A stretch of 64,000 bases of DNA, taken from IMG/VR virus record IMGVR_UViG_3300018080_000098, positions 62,001 through 126,000 of that record; one strand, 5' to 3'. Each line of letters starts with the position of its first letter. Position 1 is the stretch's first letter. The notes under the pieces are model-generated. The model had not been told where the DNA came from. It saw only the letters and a program-made list of their open reading frames with translations, and made no database searches. The position numbers and the translations under genes are program-made. Positions 55,350 to 64,000 of this stretch are shown here, one piece after another.

Positions 55350-58007
55350 TTAGATAAATTGTGTTATTGCATCTGTGAGCGCGCCAACTGATACAGGGGC
55401 GCAGCTTTCTTGGGTTGTTACCGTAGTACCGATTTTCAGAGACAGTTCGGACGCATCTTCACCTAGCAGCTCTTTGATGGCTTTGTCGAACTCGTTGAGC
55501 ACGTCTACTTTGGACTCTACACTTTTGGTGATATCCTCCATAACTTCCTTGATGCCTCTAGATATTTCTTGGGAGGTGGTGGTAGCAGTTTTGAGGACGT
55601 CTCCAGTGAAGTCTTCTATTTCTTCGCTTATTTCAGTTGTCTCTGGTTCTGTGGGGAACAAGCTTGCTTGAGGTAGTGTATCGTACACAGCGGAGAGCTC
55701 TTCCGATTCGTTGATGGTGTGTTGGACCTCGTCTGGTGAACACTCGTTGTTGGGGTCTGTTCCTTCTTTGCAGGGGTTAGTCTCACCTTCGAGGTCGATG
55801 CCGAGGATGTCGTCCATGATGGCAGTGATCATGCAGAGGGGTTTCTCGATGATACTAATCATTTTCTCGAAAGCTGTAGTAATAGTCTCGTCGAGGACAG
55901 CGCTGAGCTCTTTAAGGGCATCTCCCAGCAGGGACATGGGGATTGGGATACCACCGATGCTAACGGAGCCTCCTCCGAGGGATGGCGTACTGATGCTTCC
56001 TGTAGCGGCGGAAGCAGCACCCAGCAGGCATTGGGTGAGGTTGTTGTTGACGAGGTTGTCTGCAAGTGACAAGATATTTTGCAGGGTATTCAGAACGGGC
56101 TTTACGAGGCTCATCATGCCATCAATGAGTCGGTCAAACACTCCAGTAGCTGTGGTCACAACGGAAGACAGCGCGCCGAAAGCCGCCTCCACTTTCTTGG
56201 CCACGTCTGGCAGCTCTGGGGAAGGTAGGTTGGCGAGGGCTTCCTGGGCCGTGTTCAGGTTTGAGCTCAGGTAGTCTGGGACCTGGGATATTGTTCCGGT
56301 GGCCAGATTGAGTACGTCTGAGACGGGGGACTCGAGACTGGTTCTCATATTTTTGAGTTGGCGGGCGCAGCCCCTACCTCGAGTGGCCATTTCTTTTGCC
56401 AGGTCTTTGTCTTCTCCTGTTTTGGACAGGTCGATGGCTTGTGCGGCTGCTAAAGATTTCTTGACTTTGGAGCGCATGCCATTCGGGAGTATTTCCTTGT
56501 TGTCTCTGACAATGGATGCTATCTTGCTCTGCTTGTTAGATGGGTCGTTTGCGTCTGGTACGGCAATACCATCTATGTCTTTTTCTAGCAGCTCTACTAT
56601 TTCAGCATCCGTGAACTGGAACTTCGTGAAGAGCTCTGGGTCGTCGATTACTTTGACAACAGGTATTTGAGCGTAGCCCGCGAAGTCTCCCTCATCCAGC
56701 ACAGGGGTTTCTCCTGCGAGGATGTCAGTGAGCATCAGATCTGGGTAGCCCCACACGTACAACTTGTTGTAACTGGAGATGGTGGTTTGTGTTTCTCCAA
56801 GCTCCCCAATCCAGAAGATGTAGCCGTTGAGCTGCGAGATGTCTCCGTTGGTGTAGAGGTCTGCGGTGCTTTGCAGAGATTGGTTGTAGGCACGATACTG
56901 TTCTTGGATGACTGGGGTTGCTACGATTTCTCCACAGACTTCTTCGTATGTATTGACTTCCACGTTTTGCGTGATGAACAGGTGCGGAAGATTGGGGGTC
57001 TCGTTCATTTTTGTGAGAAAGTCTTTAGTCTGCTGGAGGTCGTTTCCTAACAGGGTGTAGAGTTGCCTGATGCCAACGAGGTTGGTTCCTTCTACCAGGA
57101 AAAGCTTTTTGTTAATGATGACGATTTCGTCGTCGGTTGACTCGAGGTAGGCAGCGGCTTCCTCTGCCGACTCCACTACAGGAATATCGATAGCAGTCAT
57201 CAGCTGCTGGTAGGTGTTGTAGCCGAACTGCTTGGCAATGGTGTTAGAAGTATCCTCGGCGTCTTTAACGGGGGTGCCAGCGCCTCCTTCGAGGAAGGTG
57301 TACTCTACGATGTCTGGAGTGTCGACACCACTTCCGACGAGAGTTCCGCTGACCAGATCGGTGACATCTGTGTTGGCGAGCCATTTAGTTAACGTTGCTC
57401 CCATGTTGTACCGAGTAGACACTGCACCATCTACGTCCACCCCTAGCGAGAGTACGATGGTTGTTCCGTTGACACTCGAGGATGGTTCTCTCAAACGGGC
57501 GGTGATGACCCCATTTAAGCCAGCTTCGGTAATGCCGTCGTAGGTGTTGACCAGTATCAGATGAGTGTTGCTGTAGATACGCCATACTGTGTACGCTCTG
57601 AGGACGTTGCTGGAGTCTGTGATTTGAAGTTGGTCTCCTGCGTTTATCTCTGTAGTGAATAGCGTACCGGCCCCGTAGACGTTGGTGTCCCCGTTGGTTA
57701 CGCTAAGCGTTCCAGTGATGGCATCATTCGCGTAGATAGGCCCTTCATAGATGTAGCCGATTTGGATATCGTTTCCATCCCGACCAGGTTCTTTTGCTTT
57801 CCAGAGAACCTTGTTGTTGGCAGTAGAACCGATGGTCACCTCGGCGTAGGATTTCGTAGTAGCATTTATTTTTGTTAGCTCCGTACTCAGATCAGCCAGT
57901 GTGGTTTCACCTTCTGCTTCGATGTCTCGAAGGGATTGGTTGACCTCTTTGAGGGCTTCCGCAATATCGTCTTCGATTGCACAGCCTAGGTAAATGGATG
58001 GAGACAT
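55350..58007 (-). CDS. Baseplate-associated protein (885 aa): sheath-like beta domain plus long acidic helical region
   Basis: WKAKEPGRDGNDIQI...FLEGG motif, an inserted GTLFTTEINAGD domain and an amphipathic helical C-terminal half. Confidence 0.7.
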   Translation of the reverse strand: MSPSIYLGCAIEDDIAEALKEVNQSLRDIEAEGETTLADLSTELTKINATTKSYAEVTIGSTANNKVLWKAKEPGRDGNDIQIGYIYEGPIYANDAITGTLSVTNGDTNVYGAGTLFTTEINAGDQLQITDSSNVLRAYTVWRIYSNTHLILVNTYDGITEAGLNGVITARLREPSSSVNGTTIVLSLGVDVDGAVSTRYNMGATLTKWLANTDVTDLVSGTLVGSGVDTPDIVEYTFLEGGAGTPVKDAEDTSNTIAKQFGYNTYQQLMTAIDIPVVESAEEAAAYLESTDDEIVIINKKLFLVEGTNLVGIRQLYTLLGNDLQQTKDFLTKMNETPNLPHLFITQNVEVNTYEEVCGEIVATPVIQEQYRAYNQSLQSTADLYTNGDISQLNGYIFWIGELGETQTTISSYNKLYVWGYPDLMLTDILAGETPVLDEGDFAGYAQIPVVKVIDDPELFTKFQFTDAEIVELLEKDIDGIAVPDANDPSNKQSKIASIVRDNKEILPNGMRSKVKKSLAAAQAIDLSKTGEDKDLAKEMATRGRGCARQLKNMRTSLESPVSDVLNLATGTISQVPDYLSSNLNTAQEALANLPSPELPDVAKKVEAAFGALSSVVTTATGVFDRLIDGMMSLVKPVLNTLQNILSLADNLVNNNLTQCLLGAASAATGSISTPSLGGGSVSIGGIPIPMSLLGDALKELSAVLDETITTAFEKMISIIEKPLCMITAIMDDILGIDLEGETNPCKEGTDPNNECSPDEVQHTINESEELSAVYDTLPQASLFPTEPETTEISEEIEDFTGDVLKTATTTSQEISRGIKEVMEDITKSVESKVDVLNEFDKAIKELLGEDASELSLKIGTTVTTQESCAPVSVGALTDAITQFI

Positions 58008-58012
58008 TGGTA

Positions 58013-59269
58013 TTATCCGCTGGCAAAAACTTGCTTGCTTGGTATTTGGTTAGCTGTAGAGAGGGCACCAGCCAACGCTGTTGCTAGCGCTGCTGCAGCC
58101 ACGCCAATAGGGTTTGGTGCAGGAAAGGTTGCGGTAAGCGCGCTGGTGAGTCCTTGCATGGCACCGAAGGCGGTATTAAACGCAGTAGTTGTGGGCGCTG
58201 CTAGGGCAATAGGTAGCAGCGGTGCTTTACCAAAGTGGGTAATGGGTGCTTTTAGGTGCACTTTAGCGGATTCAACTGTGAACAGTGTAGACGCGTTGAA
58301 CTTGGTAGTTGGTGCGGTAGTGGTGAGAGATGTTCCGTATATGTAGGAGCCTCCTTTAACAAACTTGGTTTTGATATCTTGGGCAGTCAACCGAAGAACG
58401 TTTTTAGCTCCAAGGTCTACTTTGGTTTCTATCGAGGTTGATGTGTTGCTTAATAGGATGTTCAGATTCTGGTCTACCTGATGAAGCAGGTAGCCTGCGG
58501 CTTTGTGGTAAATTTTTTTGTGGTAGCGCAGGTCGAAGTTGGTACTGCTTTGTTTGGTAAACAGCCCGAGCCCGTCTACGATATCGCCTTCCTGGTGTTC
58601 GATGATGGGGACACCCAGTCTGTTGTTGAGCCAGCGACTGTACTCTACGGCGAACTCGGTGGTAGGCAGCTTGATATACTGCTGCATGGAGTTTTTGAAG
58701 ATGGTGTCGGGTCTTTTCACAACACCGAAGCGCTCCTCGTTCGCGACGGTGTAGGGAGGGCTGGTGTGGAGCTTTCGTGCGTAGGTTGGTGCGATGCTGC
58801 GGAGCTCGAGTCTACTTTGGGAGAGCTCCTGGCGGATGGTGCCGCCTCGAGTTTCTACGTCTCCTCCTTTTCCGAGGAAGAGGTAGGCTCTACCGTTGGA
58901 CATCATTTCCATCTCGCCGGGATTGAGAGGACGGTAGAGCTGTTGGTCGGCTTCGAAGCTTGCCACGTTGCTGTCGGGGTCTGATGAGAAATAGCCGACG
59001 ATTGTATTGAGAGGGGTGTCACCTCTTTGGAGGGTGAGCACTTCGGTGCTGGCTTCGGGCATCACACGCATCCAGCTGTTAGGTCCTACATAAGGATGTC
59101 GCACTCCTAGTCTGGTGAAGCCGGTCTCTAGACCCATATCGACTTCGATAGCTTCGAAATCGGGAAGTACCTGCTTGACGACGCCACGGATAGGCAAGCG
59201 TAGGCGTTGCTCTACCTCTTTGTGGCGTCGTGCTTCTGTATGTGCAAGTGTGCTCGCTGGCATTGCCAA
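58013..59269 (-). CDS. Putative baseplate central spike (gpV/gp5-like)
   Basis: OB-fold-like N-terminus (GVVKQV...IEV...WMRVMPE..TEVL...IVGY), beta-repeat middle, ends SKQVF; downstream of the hub gene. Confidence 0.7.
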   Translation of the reverse strand: MAMPASTLAHTEARRHKEVEQRLRLPIRGVVKQVLPDFEAIEVDMGLETGFTRLGVRHPYVGPNSWMRVMPEASTEVLTLQRGDTPLNTIVGYFSSDPDSNVASFEADQQLYRPLNPGEMEMMSNGRAYLFLGKGGDVETRGGTIRQELSQSRLELRSIAPTYARKLHTSPPYTVANEERFGVVKRPDTIFKNSMQQYIKLPTTEFAVEYSRWLNNRLGVPIIEHQEGDIVDGLGLFTKQSSTNFDLRYHKKIYHKAAGYLLHQVDQNLNILLSNTSTSIETKVDLGAKNVLRLTAQDIKTKFVKGGSYIYGTSLTTTAPTTKFNASTLFTVESAKVHLKAPITHFGKAPLLPIALAAPTTTAFNTAFGAMQGLTSALTATFPAPNPIGVAAAALATALAGALSTANQIPSKQVFASG

Positions 59270-59271
59270 TC

Positions 59272-62200
59272 CTATCGGATGGGTAGAACTTTATCTCCAC
59301 TGGCGAGCCCCTTCATTGAGCTTCTTCCGCGCTTTGCCTGGTTTCTGAGATATTTCTTCGTTTGTTCGCCAACAAATTTGTTGCTCATCAGCATCTGCAG
59401 CCCCTTTTTAAACTTTTTGCCTCTTCGTGAATATAAAAATCCCTTTCCTTCGTACAAGGCAGCAAGCTCCTTAGCAGGTTTTGCAGCACATTTTTTGAGC
59501 TTTTCTTTATTGTACACGTACCCAGTACTGATTTTGAGGTACTGTCCAGTGAACATGTCGCGCGCTCGCGCTTTCAGTTTACACTTTTTAATCTGTACTT
59601 CTAGCTGGTTTATTCGTTTTTGGCTGAAGCGTTGACAAAATGTAGCCGCCGCATTGTTATATGCAGCGTCTAACCTGGCAAAATTCGCCTGCTCACTCAT
59701 AACCCTGTGGTACTTCTGTACTTTACCGTTAGGTTTTGGTATAAGTAGCTGCGATGGCAAAAAGAAAAATGCCCCGTTCACCCAAACCCATAGCTGCCCC
59801 CTACCTATTCCTTCAGGTGGGACGACAAACTTTTTGTACGTATTCCTTTTTTTATAGTACGCTATAACATCTTTCACTGTAATCTTCTTTTTGCCTTTAA
59901 CCCAACGCCTGATTCCCCGCCTGCGCCAGTATGAATTCCAATAACCTCTAGCTTCTTTGTTCATTGTATTAGGTATTTTGTTTGGGCCTTTCCGTGGATC
60001 TGACCCGGTGTACCCAGTATAAAAAGTGGCCCTGGCCCGTATCTGCGCATCTATGTACTGCTTGTTCGCTGCCAACGTGACTCGTAAAGACTCATCGTCT
60101 GCAGCATTTCCTGTACTTCTATTTCTTACCTGCATACCAAAATGCAAGTGCTCATTCGAAGTCCCACTGTTCCCAGACCAGCAAATCTGTTCACCAGCTC
60201 GCATCAAAGGTTTGTCTGGGCTGCCACGTTTCCAGTTTTTATGCCCACCTAAAGTTTGATCTTTATTCGGTCCCATCCTTCGGATATCGGATAGATGAAT
60301 GTAAGCAAGTTTGACCCAAAGCTTTCCACCATTGTTGAGGGAAATTTGAGTGCTCCCCTCTTTATGCTTTGGCAGTGATGCCCAACCTTCAATATCCAAG
60401 CGTAGCCCACCACTTTGATGTTTACGTTCCAATTTAATACCACTGCGCCACCCACCAAGATTTTTCCATATTACGTAAGGCTCAAAATATATTTTCATAT
60501 AGCCTTTCTTTACTTCTTCCTTGATCCTACCCAGCGCAAACTGTTTAAGCGCTCTTCTACTACTACTCCCCCGACCAATCTTCACCCACGCAATGCGACT
60601 GATTCCCGACTCTCCCCACCTTCCTACTTTCATAGAAGCATGCGCTTTGATCACATCAATAGGAGTAAGACATGGAGTTCCTACACCTGCGGGTAAATCC
60701 CACCCATAATGAGCAGCGTCTCTCCCTCCACGCCCCTTCTTAAATTTTTTCCTGGTTAAGTAAGGGTCCTCATACGCTTCGTAACCGCACCTCTGAAACC
60801 TACGCAAAAATCCAAAGGCTGAATACTCAACCTGCCTACCGGGAGAAGGAATATACTTCCAAGCGTCCCGCATGTACAGAATCGGGTCCCCGGTAGCCCT
60901 CCCAACCTCGACATTCGTTAAGTCGGGTGGGCTTGTTGGATTTGTTTTGACAGGAGACTTAGACCGAATACCCGCTGTAACCGTCTCCACCGCCATCCCG
61001 CGAGGCATCGACATACGACGCATATTGACCGGAGTTGCGTACGCAGCCCCCCATTGCGTCGCTACCGCTGCAGAAAAAGCACTAGCCGTCCGCGCCGCCG
61101 TGGCCAAGTCACCAGAACACCCCGCACCAGTAGTGCTCGCCTTCGTCGCCTTCCCACCACCCTTCGGACCCTCTTTAGGTGTTAGCACCTTGTTCCCATC
61201 CCGCGAAAATAGCCCCGTAAAAAAGTTCGTGTAATTAATCGGCTGCCTAGGCCCACCCGCAATAAACCTAAAAGTTCCATCACGGAACAGCCATCGCGTG
61301 TACGCCAGGTTGGTATCCGTATTACAAGTTCCCAAAGGAGGATTCATCGTATGCGTAACAGATTTCACCAACCCTATCCGCTGCCTTGGTACCAACCAAA
61401 TAGGACGGTTCGGAACAACGTAAGGACGGAACGGCATCGACACCTGCATGCTGTGCGCTTGCCCCAACTGCCGCTGAATGTGGAACAGCGCATATATCTT
61501 CAGCTGGTCAGCCGCCTGCTGCAGCTCAGTCTTAGTGAACTGAACCTTCCCATCTTTCCCCTTTTTCTTTGATACATCACCTGCACCACCCAATCCAGGG
61601 ATCTTGAGATTGATGTTCTCTACCCGCACGCCCAAACGCCGCGCCAAAGTAGTCGCTATGAATACACGCGTCCGAAAAAAGTTCTCATTAAGCGTTCCCT
61701 TCGTTTGGTTCTCGAGCTGCTTGTCTATATGAATACCCTTGACTACCCAAGCTGTAGGTATCTCCTGCGCCTCCTCCGCTATCGTAGCGTCAGACCAATC
61801 ACGACTTAACGTATACGCCTGATGTACGATGTTCCCGAAATCCCGTGGGAACGCATTATAATGAGGGAACTCGAAAACAAAGTCTCCCCACCCATTTATC
61901 CAATACTGGTAATCGATCACCGAGCATATATCATCCAACAACTTCTTCCGTGTCTCGTACACCACATTAAGTGAATTGTGCGTAACCTTCGAAGTGTTCT
62001 TTTGTACAATTGTAGAAGCGCCTGTGCCACCCGCAGGCATCAATAAATGGTAAAAAGCATTCAAAGGAGAAAACGCGCTACCCATATCCGATGTGGTCCC
62101 CTGACCCGCCTCCGTAACCTCTGGGTAGGTTAACGGTCTCCCCATTATACCGAACAAGACTATCCGATTCCACTTGTCCAACAAATGCCTTCCAGGAATA

Positions 62201-64000
62201 TTTTTATATGCTTGCGCTGTATTTCGTTTGTCTGTGTAAGACGCTAGCTTTGTAATGAATCCTCTAAATATAGGTGTCTGCTCACAACACAGATACTCTA
62301 TCGCTTGCTCGAATGACTTCCCCATTAAAGGATGCGGTTGGTCACCCATTTTACTCAAAAGGTCTGCAAAAATCCCAGCGTGCTTCTTCTCGAAGTGAGC
62401 AAACTTCAGCAGTGCGTCCGCTGTGGTGTGTACGCGCTTCGTTTCTTCTTTGCCCTTCTCCGTTGTACGTCGTAGGTGCTGTAGAAAACGTCCTATGCGA
62501 TCTAATCCGACGATTGTCGCAGACCCCTTCACCATGTTCCGCAGCTGCTCCCGCTTCCAGTTCACCCACCGTAGCGCTTCGCTTATATTCACTCCGCGTT
62601 GTTGACCAGTGAATGTGGAGATGTACGCTTGGTAGCTGCCATTAATGTTCTTTTTACTTGGAGTCAGCTGATTGAATATCTGACCCTTTATTTCCTTTGC
62701 TACCCCGTCCGCTTTGTTACTAGCAATAAGGTATGACTGTTCCCACTCGTTCATCCTCGGACCCAGCGCAGCCTCAATCTCGTTCCACTTAGCGACACCC
62801 AAGTTAGGGGATGTTACTGCTTCCACTTGTGTTGCCGGAACCGACCGCTCCCCACGAAAAACTACCCACCAGTCTACCCTAATTTCAGCAAATCCCAACC
62901 GCTTGCGCCAAGAATTTTTCGTGCTAGCACTCGCTGGATTATCCCGCTGCTCCCTCAACTGCTTCTGCCTGTCCTCTGCTCCCTTGATTCGCTCTGCATA
63001 CCACTGCTTCTGAGCAGCGCTAGTAGCCGCCGCCTTTGCAGCGTTCAAATCTGCTATATGTTTTTTCAGAAAAGCCAGGTTTTTTTGTATAATTTCGTAG
63101 TTCTTCGTCTGAATGGGTTTCACGTCTTTGCTGAGCAGACGGTTTCCCATGCTGTATAAATTGTCATTTACATATTTGACGTACGCAGTTAGCCTCTTTC
63201 CATATTCTTTGGTTATCTCTAATGGACCCGATTGCTTTAAATCCGTTGCTTCGGCTGCTGTTATTTTTCCGCTACTACGTGCAGAATCCACCCACTTTTC
63301 CCAACCACTCGTTTTAGTAGATGACGCAAACCGTGCCAATTCACTAGTATTACTACCATAAGCTTTATACTTCATAACTGCCGCATTTAAGTACGCCGCA
63401 GCTACATAATAAATAGATGCGTCTTTGACGAAAACCTGTTTAACTGTCTTCCCGTCTTTGAATGCGTTTTTTGTAAGAGCCTCGTACGCTTTGCGCGCCA
63501 AGTACTTGACCGATGATTTCTCCGCCTTATCCGCAGTAGCTTTAGGAACATTAGCAACGGGAGCTAGCTCTACTTCTAACACCCTTCTAGTTTTCTGAAT
63601 AGACGGCCTTATCTTGCTTGCTTTACCCCTAACCAAATAGGGCTCCCCTACCAGATCGTAGATAGCCATTATATCCTGAAGAACGTACCCAAGTGAATCA
63701 GTAATGTCCTCCGCAATCTTGGACATAGAAACGTCCACTTTGGCTAACACTTGCTTTGCACAAGCATCATTGTAGTCTTCCCCAGCTTTTGAATATTCCC
63801 CTCTACTAATATCGAGCTTACCCTTGCGACCTAAACACGCTTTTGTTTTCCCACCACCGCTCATTTCTTTCGCAGTCCACAAACGATGAAGGTCGATATA
63901 AGTATCTTCTAAATAGAAACCATCACGTCCATAAATATATGGATTACTATTTTTAGCGTAGAGTGCTTGGGTAGAGGAGATAGCGTAGACTTCTTTGAGC
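59272..64000 (-). CDS. Baseplate hub-like protein fused to M23 metallopeptidase (virion peptidoglycan hydrolase); 5' end outside window
   Basis: The frame stays open from 63882 to the window edge (checked by hand). Hub-like DYQYWINGWGDFVFEFPHYN and PFRP...PNRPI...VKSVTH; M23 motifs HYGWD, YIHLS and GNSGTSNEHLHF. Confidence 0.82.
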   Translation of the reverse strand, partial: LKEVYAISSTQALYAKNSNPYIYGRDGFYLEDTYIDLHRLWTAKEMSGGGKTKACLGRKGKLDISRGEYSKAGEDYNDACAKQVLAKVDVSMSKIAEDITDSLGYVLQDIMAIYDLVGEPYLVRGKASKIRPSIQKTRRVLEVELAPVANVPKATADKAEKSSVKYLARKAYEALTKNAFKDGKTVKQVFVKDASIYYVAAAYLNAAVMKYKAYGSNTSELARFASSTKTSGWEKWVDSARSSGKITAAEATDLKQSGPLEITKEYGKRLTAYVKYVNDNLYSMGNRLLSKDVKPIQTKNYEIIQKNLAFLKKHIADLNAAKAAATSAAQKQWYAERIKGAEDRQKQLREQRDNPASASTKNSWRKRLGFAEIRVDWWVVFRGERSVPATQVEAVTSPNLGVAKWNEIEAALGPRMNEWEQSYLIASNKADGVAKEIKGQIFNQLTPSKKNINGSYQAYISTFTGQQRGVNISEALRWVNWKREQLRNMVKGSATIVGLDRIGRFLQHLRRTTEKGKEETKRVHTTADALLKFAHFEKKHAGIFADLLSKMGDQPHPLMGKSFEQAIEYLCCEQTPIFRGFITKLASYTDKRNTAQAYKNIPGRHLLDKWNRIVLFGIMGRPLTYPEVTEAGQGTTSDMGSAFSPLNAFYHLLMPAGGTGASTIVQKNTSKVTHNSLNVVYETRKKLLDDICSVIDYQYWINGWGDFVFEFPHYNAFPRDFGNIVHQAYTLSRDWSDATIAEEAQEIPTAWVVKGIHIDKQLENQTKGTLNENFFRTRVFIATTLARRLGVRVENINLKIPGLGGAGDVSKKKGKDGKVQFTKTELQQAADQLKIYALFHIQRQLGQAHSMQVSMPFRPYVVPNRPIWLVPRQRIGLVKSVTHTMNPPLGTCNTDTNLAYTRWLFRDGTFRFIAGGPRQPINYTNFFTGLFSRDGNKVLTPKEGPKGGGKATKASTTGAGCSGDLATAARTASAFSAAVATQWGAAYATPVNMRRMSMPRGMAVETVTAGIRSKSPVKTNPTSPPDLTNVEVGRATGDPILYMRDAWKYIPSPGRQVEYSAFGFLRRFQRCGYEAYEDPYLTRKKFKKGRGGRDAAHYGWDLPAGVGTPCLTPIDVIKAHASMKVGRWGESGISRIAWVKIGRGSSSRRALKQFALGRIKEEVKKGYMKIYFEPYVIWKNLGGWRSGIKLERKHQSGGLRLDIEGWASLPKHKEGSTQISLNNGGKLWVKLAYIHLSDIRRMGPNKDQTLGGHKNWKRGSPDKPLMRAGEQICWSGNSGTSNEHLHFGMQVRNRSTGNAADDESLRVTLAANKQYIDAQIRARATFYTGYTGSDPRKGPNKIPNTMNKEARGYWNSYWRRRGIRRWVKGKKKITVKDVIAYYKKRNTYKKFVVPPEGIGRGQLWVWVNGAFFFLPSQLLIPKPNGKVQKYHRVMSEQANFARLDAAYNNAAATFCQRFSQKRINQLEVQIKKCKLKARARDMFTGQYLKISTGYVYNKEKLKKCAAKPAKELAALYEGKGFLYSRRGKKFKKGLQMLMSNKFVGEQTKKYLRNQAKRGRSSMKGLASGDKVLPIR

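Larger units (their letters stand above)
1..64000 (-). mobile_element. Segment of a large tailed (myovirus-like, probably jumbo) bacteriophage: baseplate/fibre module, lysis-like cassette, start of replication module
   Basis: About 46 co-oriented, tightly packed minus-strand genes. They include baseplate J-like, gp25-like, spike, tail-collar-like, fibre, holin/spanin-like and phage-type UDG-polymerase genes. No host core genes. Confidence 0.93.

Noticed and set aside
1-64000. Genome-wide stop-codon reassignment (code 4/15/25)
   Set aside because: Standard-code ORFs tile the window at high density, and TAA, TAG and TGA all end genes right next to downstream starts; only one internal TGA was seen.
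43849-64000. Bacterial contractile injection system (eCIS/T6SS/tailocin) instead of phage
   Set aside because: The linked phage-type DNA polymerase, lysis-like cassette, capsid-cement-like domains and absence of host genes favour a phage genome.

Overview
The whole window reads as one minus-strand, tightly packed segment of a large, probably jumbo, contractile-tailed phage genome. No bacterial housekeeping genes, rRNA, tRNA, CRISPR array or integrase were seen. In transcription order (right to left) it contains: (1) a very large, basic baseplate-hub-like protein with an M23 peptidase, open past the right edge; (2) spike, gp25-like, baseplate J-like and wedge genes; (3) about 40 kb of fibre, decoration and receptor-binding-like proteins built from a shared set of shuffled modules; (4) a membrane/lysis-like cassette (patatin phospholipase, 5-TM protein, holin-like protein with a signal peptide, spanin-like pair, DUF1360-like protein); (5) more virion genes, one split by a single in-frame TGA; (6) a uracil-DNA glycosylase/3'-5' exonuclease fusion (SPO1-type family A DNA polymerase N-terminus) running off the left edge and missing from the ORF track. 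The most unusual non-coding signals are three tandem, covarying hairpins with an invariant loop at 21732-21817 and two recurrent intergenic promoter-like motifs. Family assignments come from motif recognition by eye, not from database searches.
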